In this document: piece after piece, positions 39,954-49,002 of the stretch
Layout: each line of letters starts with the position of its first letter
Position numbering within the stretch: the stretch's first letter is position 1
Source of the DNA: a virus
Length of the DNA: 64,000 bases
Direction: 5' to 3' (one strand)
Virus record (IMG/VR): IMGVR_UViG_3300032271_001847
Location: 5,764-69,763 of that record
The notes under the pieces: model-generated
Database searches by the model: none
Told to the model about the DNA's origin: nothing
Seen by the model: the letters and a program-made list of their open reading frames with translations, nothing else
Translations under genes and position numbers: made by a program

Positions 39954-42900
39954 TCAAAACTGAGTGGCATCGACCATGGCATTGCTGCTTCCACCTGTGT
40001 TATCAATTTGGGGACCGCCCATGAAATTAACCACCTCAGCACGACGCCTGATCACCAGCCCGTTGACGATCTGACCGGCCGCATTCTTCGTGTGCTGCAT
40101 CCAAAGATTTGGTACGCTTTGAAGATTTCCTTCATTGAATGCCTTTAGGGCGGTTGATGATTTGAAATTACCCTCGCCTATATTGAATGCAAGACTACAA
40201 AACATGTCATACTGTGTCTGGCTAAGACCAACCTTGATCTCCGGCTTGACCCAATCTTGGACCTTTTGTAGATCCTGTGTAAAGAGATCGTTTATCTGTT
40301 GTTGACTGAAAGGTGCCGACAAGCTTACCTCAAGTCCGTTTATGATAACGCTGTTCTTGCTGATCTCCTCTGCTGATATGCCATGACCATAACCTATCTC
40401 TGATTTTGGAGGATTGCCGACGGTAATCGGACGATAGCTACCATTCTCACGCGAGGTGATGAATTGTTTTCCAGAATCGCTAACGTTGAGAGAACCTGCA
40501 CTGAGTATCGTGGTGTTACCAATTGGCGATTCGTATCGATATATCGGTTGCCCTTGAGAATTGTAGCTATCACCTCGATAGACCGCCGGAGGCATATCAG
40601 ATCGCGGTGTTCCATAAACATCCAACGGACGATCACTCCTGGCTATGATTTCTCCATCTCGAAGACCAGTGTTGGTGTTCACCGATGTAGCGTCTCTTAT
40701 GTTCTCAAAATTACGCCCGCCGTGATTTGCATATGGTTCATGATATGGCAAGTGGGGCATGATGGTGTCCGTTAGAATGGCGGTGACGTTGCCAAAACTG
40801 TTAACCACCGCGTCGGTTTGTTTCTGCCCTTCTTTGCCAATGGCTGCCGCCGCTGCAACAGCAGCAGGCGGTGCTGGCCCGTTCATGTCTATCTTTGGAG
40901 AGTCCATCTGTATAAATCCAGATGCACCTACTGTCCAGTCAGCGCGAACGCTCTCATGTGAGTAACCACCGGCTATGCGATTGACGTTTCCTATCGCGCT
41001 ATCAAACAGATTCTGTCCAACCAACCTATGCATGTCTTGTTGGCTGGTCAGGAACATGTGTTGTGCCGATAGGAGATGCATGCTGTTTTGACTTTGTATT
41101 TTAATGAACCCGCCCTCAAGATTTGAATCTGACGTAGAAATTGGCGCTCCTTGTCCGTTAGCACCGGTGTCCGACGGTGTTGTTGGATATCCATCAACCT
41201 GATTAGCCGGAGAACCTGTCCCAGCAAGATCTGGTTTTTCTCGATAGAGATTCGCTTCTCTCAGCCTGCGTGCCGTTAAGCCGGTTGGATTTCCGCTCCA
41301 TCCTAGGGCACTGGTTTCTATGGTCTTGGCAGCACTTTCAATATCTCGGCTGTTGATATAGTTGGTCAGTCCTTTTGATACCGGTTGTCCTAGATTACCA
41401 ACGTTATATGCATAGCTCACCAATGCAGCACGCTGATAAGGACCTAACAGATCCCATGCACCTCGGATGGCCCTACGTACAACTGCGGCTCCAAGTGCTT
41501 CGATGTCAACCGCAAACATTCCTTCGGCCTGCTCGGCCGTGCAAGTTGTATCCTTGCCAAATTGTCCCCTGATAGGAACTCTGCCAGCCGACCCGCAATT
41601 TATGGAACTCTCGCCACGTGCTAGGTTGTTCTTGATGAGATGTCCGTGTCCGATTGAAAACTGATCCGTCCTATTCGGTGGGTCAGGAAACGCCGTTAAG
41701 CTTGGTCCTCGACGTCCCGACTCTTCTCTCTTAACGAACGGTATTGCAATGGATTGCCAAGTGATATCAGTAGTTTGTGCAGCATTTGCAGATGCTGCAT
41801 CCTGTGTTACTGCTGTCGGCTGTCCGGTACCGGTTGCACCGGTTGCACCGGTTGATCCGCCGGTTGTGGTTGGCCCGGTAGGACCGGTCGCACCCGTGGT
41901 CGACGGGATGCATTGTGCCTGTGCGGCGGTCGCAACCATGTCGTAGCTACGGGGATGCAGATTATCTGCCGTTGGGTAGTTAGCAAGGTCAATCACCCTG
42001 TCATTCTTGCCGTTAGCAAAATCCGCCACCACTTGTTTGGCAGCGTCATAATAAGGAAGTATCCAAACGTAATTTGATGCCTGCAGGAAACTACGTATCT
42101 GTTCGAGATTCGCACGGAGCGTGTTAGGGTTACCACCCTGCGGGGTGATGTCATTGCTGCCGGCACTGATGATGGCATTTGTTGCGTTCTTGAGAGAAGG
42201 ATCAGATTTCAATTTGTTTAGTATGGTGGTGCTGTTATCCCCAACGGTTGCCATGGTTCGGGCGGATGTTATCTTGCTTCCTATTCCTACCGCGATGCTA
42301 TCCCCTATCACCACGATCGGACCCGGAGATTCGGACGGGGTTGGAGGATTGCTCAGTGGGTTCGGTGTGACGGCAGCACCGGTCTGCCGACCGCGTGCCC
42401 TTATGTTAACGTCACGCCCGGCTTCGATGTTCACGTCCAGATCGCCACGAAGATTGAGGCTTCCTTGGGTACGAAGGCTGATGTCATCCTGCGCATAGAT
42501 ATCAATCTTGCCATTGGCATCCATGCTTATCCAATTCTTACCATCAACTGAATTGAGATATATGCATCCAACCGTGTCGTTGATCATTATCTGGGCGCCA
42601 TGCTGAGTGCGTAGCCGTATGAGGGAGTTATCCGGGCTATCATCAAATACCAGCTGGCTACCGCCCGGTGTGAGTATTCCGTAAACCGTGTTATACGGAG
42701 CGTCCCTGCGTGCTCCACTATCAGTAACACCTCGCACGGTATCCTGATCAAGCCCTTGCGTGATCAGAGCATCGGACAATGGTTCATATAGTGGTCTTGT
42801 TGGAGAGTTAAGATTAGAGTCAGGTAATTTCTTGTTGTATTCAGCAGCCGGTAAGGTTGCCGAAGTGTCCTCACCAGGTATGCCAGGAACCATGTGGTTC

Positions 42901-43289
42901 ATGTTTTGTTGATACAGGCATCCTAGCCATATACCCCGGCCGGGATCTCCATTGATGAATGCGCAGACCACCTCGTTATTGATGTCCGGAGGTACGAACC
43001 ACATGCCATAGCTTTTCTGCGTAGCAGTGTAGGTCCGTTCATTGGTGTTTTTATAGACATTTGTAGCGCCCGCAAATGGAGCACAATAGCTTACTATGAA
43101 CCATGTGGACTCATCGTTTGGATCTCCTGACAGTTCTGGTATCCAGATCGCAAGCCTGCCCATCCTAAGAACATCATCAGCATTTTTCACAAATCCAATG
43201 TATATCTTGTCCTGTAAGGTCGCGCGTCCGGCGGGTTTGCCGCTGAACTCGTCTGGTGAGCTGTAGCTCATTATCGGAACATTTGACAT
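39954..43289 (-). CDS. Baseplate hub/spike (gp5-like) with SGNH hydrolase and two GH24-like lysozyme domains
   Basis: N-terminal GRLAIWIPEL...SYGMWFVPPD; GDS/GSND/DNLH; two E...IG(H/Y)GH...(Y/F)N.G...L..RR..E domains; PYHEPY. Confidence 0.85.
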   Translation of the reverse strand: MSNVPIMSYSSPDEFSGKPAGRATLQDKIYIGFVKNADDVLRMGRLAIWIPELSGDPNDESTWFIVSYCAPFAGATNVYKNTNERTYTATQKSYGMWFVPPDINNEVVCAFINGDPGRGIWLGCLYQQNMNHMVPGIPGEDTSATLPAAEYNKKLPDSNLNSPTRPLYEPLSDALITQGLDQDTVRGVTDSGARRDAPYNTVYGILTPGGSQLVFDDSPDNSLIRLRTQHGAQIMINDTVGCIYLNSVDGKNWISMDANGKIDIYAQDDISLRTQGSLNLRGDLDVNIEAGRDVNIRARGRQTGAAVTPNPLSNPPTPSESPGPIVVIGDSIAVGIGSKITSARTMATVGDNSTTILNKLKSDPSLKNATNAIISAGSNDITPQGGNPNTLRANLEQIRSFLQASNYVWILPYYDAAKQVVADFANGKNDRVIDLANYPTADNLHPRSYDMVATAAQAQCIPSTTGATGPTGPTTTGGSTGATGATGTGQPTAVTQDAASANAAQTTDITWQSIAIPFVKREESGRRGPSLTAFPDPPNRTDQFSIGHGHLIKNNLARGESSINCGSAGRVPIRGQFGKDTTCTAEQAEGMFAVDIEALGAAVVRRAIRGAWDLLGPYQRAALVSYAYNVGNLGQPVSKGLTNYINSRDIESAAKTIETSALGWSGNPTGLTARRLREANLYREKPDLAGTGSPANQVDGYPTTPSDTGANGQGAPISTSDSNLEGGFIKIQSQNSMHLLSAQHMFLTSQQDMHRLVGQNLFDSAIGNVNRIAGGYSHESVRADWTVGASGFIQMDSPKIDMNGPAPPAAVAAAAAIGKEGQKQTDAVVNSFGNVTAILTDTIMPHLPYHEPYANHGGRNFENIRDATSVNTNTGLRDGEIIARSDRPLDVYGTPRSDMPPAVYRGDSYNSQGQPIYRYESPIGNTTILSAGSLNVSDSGKQFITSRENGSYRPITVGNPPKSEIGYGHGISAEEISKNSVIINGLEVSLSAPFSQQQINDLFTQDLQKVQDWVKPEIKVGLSQTQYDMFCSLAFNIGEGNFKSSTALKAFNEGNLQSVPNLWMQHTKNAAGQIVNGLVIRRRAEVVNFMGGPQIDNTGGSSNAMVDATQF

Positions 43290-43304
43290 TATTTCTTTCC
43301 GTTA

Positions 43305-45809
43305 TCAGATAGGTCCGCCGGTGGCAACCGCGGCATGTGCTTGTGTGGTTAGTTTCTCAAGTTCAGCCGTTGTTGGTAGTCCTTGCGAGATCAATGGATC
43401 CCGAACGGCCTTGATGTTCTGTGTGAATTTACCATCCCTAAACGTGCTCTTAATGTTAGTTGCGCCATATAGCCCGGCAAATGCAACACTGGTGTTCTTG
43501 AACTCCATCAACCCTGAATCCTCGCTAGGAGCTTCACCCGTCCTGAACAAAAGCAAAAATCCGGTTTCTCCTGAATAGAACCATGCTGCATCCTGTCCCT
43601 GCGGAGTGGTGTGGTTCTCAATGTATTGATTTTCAGCTATGTTACCCAATCCAAGCCAAAATGGATCACCGCGTATATCAAGATCAATTGATACGAAATA
43701 AGGAGCGGTGGTCATGTCATTCAACACCGATGCAACCAGTCCTCTGGATCTTGGCATGTTTTCTGGGCCTTGTTGGGTACCAGCCCGGTCGGGGCTTGCT
43801 TCTCCAGACATGGTGGTGCGCTGCGCCATTGGCGGTGCTCCCGTGCGGAAACTCACCGGAAGTGGGGTTGGAACAAATGCCGTGGTTTTCACGTCTTCAA
43901 GATATGCGCTACGGCGCGTCTGTGTCATCTGTGACCATTGGGATGCTGCCACGAGGCTTTGTGCCACATTTCGATCCTGTAGAAGTGCGGGATTTGTTAC
44001 CTGTATGTTCTGCAATGCATGTTGACCAGAGCTGCTGTTATCCCATGTCACCTGGAAATTTCTTGCGTCATTATTTCCAAGATTTGTTAAATCTAATCGA
44101 GCTTGGTTGAGCTCTCTAGTGGCGTTAGCTTTGTCTTGGGTAGCAGCTAGACGTTCCTGTGGAGTTGACCCTCTGTTATTCAGCACAGCCGTTGCGTTTT
44201 CAAGCTGTGTTTGGGCACGGATTGCATGCGCCCGTGCTGCACGGTATTGGCTAAGAACGCTGGTTGCCACCCCGTTTGAATCCTGCTGAGGACCAACTGA
44301 GTAATTTGTATAGGTGTTTTCCCCTAGTTGGGTTGGTATCATGCTTTGCCAAAAAAATTCAAGCTTGATGTCAAATCGTAATATATCAAGATTTCGGCCC
44401 GTATAAATGTATTCGTATGCTTTTGAAAATCGTTCAGACGTCAACTGGGATTGTAATCGATTTGTTTGCATGGCCGGACTATTGGTGACATTGCGAACAT
44501 TGCTCTGATCAATCATCGCACGATTGGTTTCGTACTTAACAAACGTGTAGGTTATGCGCCGTACGTAGTCGCTGGTGATATGATCAAATCCAACAAGCTC
44601 AACCCGACTATGGATCGAAAAGGCGTTGGCCATGCCATTATTTTGTATGCTTGCTCCGGCTTGCCGGGCCGCCCGCCTGCTTCCTGAGGCTCTTTCCTCT
44701 CCTGCAACGTATCTCCTGCCCTCGTCGGTCATTCCAAGCACGAAATAGAGTATGGTGCTAACATCCATTCCTCTGGCAATGGTGATAGTTGGATTACTCG
44801 TTCCTCTCCCACTTCTTACATCAAGTCCTGATTGCCTCTGGCTTGTGACAGGATTACGTGAGAACTTCCATCCAGCCATTTCAACAGGAACTGAAAATTT
44901 GTAAATATTTCGCTGGGTAAAATCATAATCAAGATTCCTCTGTTGAGAATTGAGCGCGTTTTCAAGCTTGCTAAAAAATTCTCCGATTGTACTAGCAGGG
45001 CCTATATTAAGGCTACTAGCCGTTGCAATCGCCACGGTGTCGCTGTTGGCATAGGTTCCATCAAATAAACCTTCAAGGTGATACGTGGTTCCAGAACTGG
45101 TTGTTTCGGCCAGCATCTTGGTAACATTTACCCTGAATAATCGATAGATGGTTTTTTTCATATCCGTTGTGGCCAGATGACCATCCTCTCCGTATCCTGT
45201 AAACCAGACCTCAAGGAACGATGGAGACGTGAGATGATTATGTACTCCCATTATCTGTGACGCCGCATACAACCGATCAACAAGGCTCAATCCATATGGC
45301 TCTCGTATGGTCATCTTCCATCCGGTATGTCCCATGGCCTGCGTTTGTGGTCCAACAGGGCAGATATTATCTATCTCAAGATCAGATATGTTGAATCCAA
45401 CCGTAGCACCACTCTCGGCAATGACTATCTTCCCGGCATTTTCAAATTCAGCTGCTGATCTTATTGAGGACGAAACTATGTCATTGGCCAATGACCATCG
45501 TATGTGATAGGTATAGTTGGCATATTGATCGAGAACGTTTGGAAATGGTGAAAACGTTTTACCGGCCTGTTGTGCCGCGTTTGTTATGTCGGCACGCATG
45601 TCAGCAAGCGTTGGAACAATGTTGTTTTGCCTTGCTGCGATCGCGGCAGCGGCCTGTTGTCCTATGCTTGAATTTTGTATTGACGATAGCGATACGTTCT
45701 GATATACGGCACTTTCTGCCGGATCTGATCGTGGTGTCGGGAGTATGGTTCGTACCGCATTTGGGTCGTTTGGCGTGGTAGAAGATCCACGATTTCTGTT
45801 AGCTACCAT
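43305..45809 (-). CDS. Baseplate hub / tail protein (gp27-like position)
   Basis: NVLDQYANYTY, IRGDPFWL, FRDGKFTQ; lies between gp53-like and gp5-like genes. Confidence 0.65.
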   Translation of the reverse strand: MVANRNRGSSTTPNDPNAVRTILPTPRSDPAESAVYQNVSLSSIQNSSIGQQAAAAIAARQNNIVPTLADMRADITNAAQQAGKTFSPFPNVLDQYANYTYHIRWSLANDIVSSSIRSAAEFENAGKIVIAESGATVGFNISDLEIDNICPVGPQTQAMGHTGWKMTIREPYGLSLVDRLYAASQIMGVHNHLTSPSFLEVWFTGYGEDGHLATTDMKKTIYRLFRVNVTKMLAETTSSGTTYHLEGLFDGTYANSDTVAIATASSLNIGPASTIGEFFSKLENALNSQQRNLDYDFTQRNIYKFSVPVEMAGWKFSRNPVTSQRQSGLDVRSGRGTSNPTITIARGMDVSTILYFVLGMTDEGRRYVAGEERASGSRRAARQAGASIQNNGMANAFSIHSRVELVGFDHITSDYVRRITYTFVKYETNRAMIDQSNVRNVTNSPAMQTNRLQSQLTSERFSKAYEYIYTGRNLDILRFDIKLEFFWQSMIPTQLGENTYTNYSVGPQQDSNGVATSVLSQYRAARAHAIRAQTQLENATAVLNNRGSTPQERLAATQDKANATRELNQARLDLTNLGNNDARNFQVTWDNSSSGQHALQNIQVTNPALLQDRNVAQSLVAASQWSQMTQTRRSAYLEDVKTTAFVPTPLPVSFRTGAPPMAQRTTMSGEASPDRAGTQQGPENMPRSRGLVASVLNDMTTAPYFVSIDLDIRGDPFWLGLGNIAENQYIENHTTPQGQDAAWFYSGETGFLLLFRTGEAPSEDSGLMEFKNTSVAFAGLYGATNIKSTFRDGKFTQNIKAVRDPLISQGLPTTAELEKLTTQAHAAVATGGPI

Positions 45810-46129
45810 TATGCACCTGATTTTCCCGGAAGATTATTTGCGCTTGGAATGTATATGGTCATGCCCGCCTTGAGATCGTTTATAGGATCCTTGATGCTGT
45901 CGGGATTCCTTAGGGCAAAAACCCACCAATATCCCGTGGTTTGATAGAAATCATAGCTAAGGAGGTCAGGACGACGATCATATTTTGCCTGCACGGTATA
46001 AAGAGAGTCAGTACCAACAGGATTGATAAAAGACCCATTCCAAAAATCAAGATAGTCCAGATAAATGCTAGGCTGATCGGTTTGTTGATAAGGGCTCGAT
46101 CCTTGGTATGTGACCTTGCTCATGCCCAC
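45809..46129 (-). CDS. Baseplate wedge gp53-like (LysM-like)
   Basis: RPDLLSYDFY....WWVFALRN...DP...G..IYIP. Confidence 0.85.
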   Translation of the reverse strand: MGMSKVTYQGSSPYQQTDQPSIYLDYLDFWNGSFINPVGTDSLYTVQAKYDRRPDLLSYDFYQTTGYWWVFALRNPDSIKDPINDLKAGMTIYIPSANNLPGKSGA

Positions 46130-46947
46130 CCTCCTTGCCTTAGCAGCTCTCCGGTCCTAAACTTGTCAAGATCAAATGCACGGAGCCGTTGTGGAGTCTG
46201 CTGCACGGTGAGATTAACTGTGATGGCAAATGCTGCCGGCAACCATGAATATCCGTTTTGGCCCGCACCACTGGCGATGGATTCTTGTGTGACCTTATTC
46301 ACTCCGGACGCCGTTCCGGTTGGAGCAGCGGTATTGTTTCCGCCTGCCTGCACAGGAACATAGTCAACATCCTTTGGCAATGTCATGGTAAATCCGGTCA
46401 CGATCACCGGCAGTGAATTGAACATGAACTGACCATAAGCATCAAACAACAAGACCGGCGGCGGAGTTCCTTGCCTTGCATCGGTACCCGAAAAATACAT
46501 CTTGGTCACCGTTCGCAAGAAATGCAAGCAAGCAAGGGCATATTGACCCTCTTTTTGGCTCTGTACAGTGAAATCTCCGTCAACCTGTAGCTTCAACGCT
46601 GGTGTTTTTGAATAAACGTGGAAGTCCTGATTGGCATGCACCATCTCCATTGACTGGTAGGATACCTCTTGTTGGTATGTTATTGCCGGTTGATATGGAA
46701 ATACCATCCCTTTAGTTGTTACCAATGGAAATAATAGTCCGGTAAAAGATCCATACACAGTTCCAACGGCTGCAGGTTTTGGACGTAATCTTACCCGTCT
46801 TCCTGCTGTATCATCGAGATTTTCGGGTGCAGTCGGTGGATTACCTATGGGATTGACAAACGGAGAACTTGAGTACTGTGTGTTGTTTGTCGGAACTGTG
46901 ACGGAATCTGCTGATATTCCGGGTGTAGCGCCGCTTGAACCTGACAT
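46120..46947 (-). CDS. Tail tube initiator / baseplate protein
   Basis: FPYQP, HFLRTVTKMY, GTPPPV....YG. Confidence 0.7.
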   Translation of the reverse strand: MSGSSGATPGISADSVTVPTNNTQYSSSPFVNPIGNPPTAPENLDDTAGRRVRLRPKPAAVGTVYGSFTGLLFPLVTTKGMVFPYQPAITYQQEVSYQSMEMVHANQDFHVYSKTPALKLQVDGDFTVQSQKEGQYALACLHFLRTVTKMYFSGTDARQGTPPPVLLFDAYGQFMFNSLPVIVTGFTMTLPKDVDYVPVQAGGNNTAAPTGTASGVNKVTQESIASGAGQNGYSWLPAAFAITVNLTVQQTPQRLRAFDLDKFRTGELLRQGGWA

Positions 46948-47078
46948 GATTTCTTCCAGTTGCTGAGATCATATATATTTATGGTGAGTTTTAACCCCCT
47001 TGTTAACCTTAGTTCCGGTTTGACTCAATAGTCCAAAATCGTTACACTTTAAAGAATTTTGCCTAACAAAGGAATAAC

Positions 47079-47912
47079 ATGGCCTTACCTCCAACAACCA
47101 AGATCAAATATCTAACCAATAAGGATCTCCTAAGCGAGATCCACAAGAGCAAGGCCACTTATTGTTCATACGTCGATCCGAAATATGTGGCATATGACTT
47201 CATAGTGTCAAACATTGGACAGATCACGCCGGCTAGGATCGAGCAAGCAAGAAAATCAAAGCTAGCCGACATGCAACAGATCGAAAAAAAGGAATACACG
47301 GGCAAGTCCGTAAAGGATTTCAAACCAACTACCACGTTGGATGATGTACCTGCCGAAAACATAGTCATTAGGGTCATGATGCATGACCACATACCAATAA
47401 ATCCTGATAAGGTCGACAAGGCTAAGACCGAGGCCGAGAGGCACATACGCTGTAACTTTCCTCCGTTCCAACACTACATCATGAGAGAAGGGGAACTGCT
47501 TTGCGTACTCAAGAGCCACTGGAAAGGTGGTCTTGAAAATGGACATTTCTCCAAGGATCACGGTAGGATGACCAACAATCTGGCGATGATGTTCATGAAA
47601 CTGGTTGATCGGTACGGACATCGAGGCAACTGGAGAGGATACACCTACATAGACGAAATGAAGTGCCAGGCCCTGTTGCAACTATCCCAGGTTGGGTTGC
47701 AGTTTGATGAAAGCAGGAGCGAAACTCCAAATCCGTTTGCATATTACACACAGACCATAACCAACAGCTTCATGCGGATACTTAATGTTGAGAAGAAAAA
47801 TCAAAACATACGAGATGACATATTGATAATGCACGGTGCCAATCCCAGTTATACCAGGATGGTTGATAATGAACTATCCCAAAAATCGCAGGGTGAAAAA
47901 CCTCCAGAGTAA
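47079..47912 (+). CDS. Late-transcription sigma factor (T4 gp55-like)
   Basis: YLTNKDLL, NWRGYTYIDEM, FDE...NPFAYYTQ...NSF.R....EKK; precedes gp47/gp46. Confidence 0.85.
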   Translation: MALPPTTKIKYLTNKDLLSEIHKSKATYCSYVDPKYVAYDFIVSNIGQITPARIEQARKSKLADMQQIEKKEYTGKSVKDFKPTTTLDDVPAENIVIRVMMHDHIPINPDKVDKAKTEAERHIRCNFPPFQHYIMREGELLCVLKSHWKGGLENGHFSKDHGRMTNNLAMMFMKLVDRYGHRGNWRGYTYIDEMKCQALLQLSQVGLQFDESRSETPNPFAYYTQTITNSFMRILNVEKKNQNIRDDILIMHGANPSYTRMVDNELSQKSQGEKPPE

Positions 47913-47980
47913 AGGAACGTTGGCTTTATTGATACCTCCATAATCACACGCTAAAATAATGCATTGAGCAGGGAGCCAAC

Positions 47981-49000
47981 ATGGCCAACAATCCGGATTT
48001 TTCCAAGGTAGCTGTGTTCACCGACGTACACTACGGAATGAGAAACAACTCTCGGGATCATAACGACTCGTGTGAAGGATTCATACGATGGATGATCACC
48101 CAAGCTGAGGAACGAGGAATACGGACCTGCATCTTTGGTGGAGATTGGCATCATGTGAGATCGGCCATCAATATCTCCACCCTTAACTATTCCGTCAGCG
48201 GACTGCGATTGCTGAATGATTATTTTGATAATACCTTCTTCATCATCGGCAATCACGATCTCTTCTATCGTGACAAGTACGAGATACATAGCCTTCCATA
48301 CATCACGCAGTTTCCAAAAATACACCTAATTGACTCCATAACTGAGATGGGAGAAGTGGCATTCATACCATGGCTGGTATCGGATGACTGGAAGAAGGTA
48401 CCCAAGGTAAAATCTCCTTACATGTTTGGACATTTTGAGCTACCAAAGTTCAAAATGAACGCAATGGTAGAAATGCCTGATCACGGTTTGCTCAACGCTA
48501 CCCATTTTGTTAATCAAAAACAGGTATTTTCTGGACACTTCCATAAACGCCAGAACAAGGGCAAGATATGGTACATTGGCAACACTTTTCCACATAACTA
48601 TGCAGATGCATGGGACGACGATCGAGGAATGATGGCATGGACTCCAGGACAAGAACCGGAGTTCATTTCATATCCAGGTGCACCAAAATACAGGGTTCTT
48701 AATCTCAGCCAAGTCATCGCAAATCCGGCAAAATACATCGATAACAGGACGTTTGCGAAGATCACCATCGATCTCGACGCCAGTTATGAGGACATCAATT
48801 TCATCCGAGAGCTAATGGAGAAGGAGATCGGAGCAAAAGACATCCAGATGATATCCAGCAAGATTGAGGATCTGGATCTTGCTGACGAAGCTGAGATCAA
48901 TTTTGAAAGCGTCGATACCATCGTGATAAGCCATCTCCAAACCATCGATAGCAATTCCATTGATAAAAACGAGCTGATAAAAATCTACCAGGAGATCTAA
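47981..49000 (+). CDS. Recombination nuclease, Mre11/SbcD-like (gp47)
   Basis: DVHYG, GDW, GNHD, GHFE, SGHFH metallophosphoesterase motifs. Confidence 0.92.
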   Translation: MANNPDFSKVAVFTDVHYGMRNNSRDHNDSCEGFIRWMITQAEERGIRTCIFGGDWHHVRSAINISTLNYSVSGLRLLNDYFDNTFFIIGNHDLFYRDKYEIHSLPYITQFPKIHLIDSITEMGEVAFIPWLVSDDWKKVPKVKSPYMFGHFELPKFKMNAMVEMPDHGLLNATHFVNQKQVFSGHFHKRQNKGKIWYIGNTFPHNYADAWDDDRGMMAWTPGQEPEFISYPGAPKYRVLNLSQVIANPAKYIDNRTFAKITIDLDASYEDINFIRELMEKEIGAKDIQMISSKIEDLDLADEAEINFESVDTIVISHLQTIDSNSIDKNELIKIYQEI

Positions 49001-49002
49001 GC

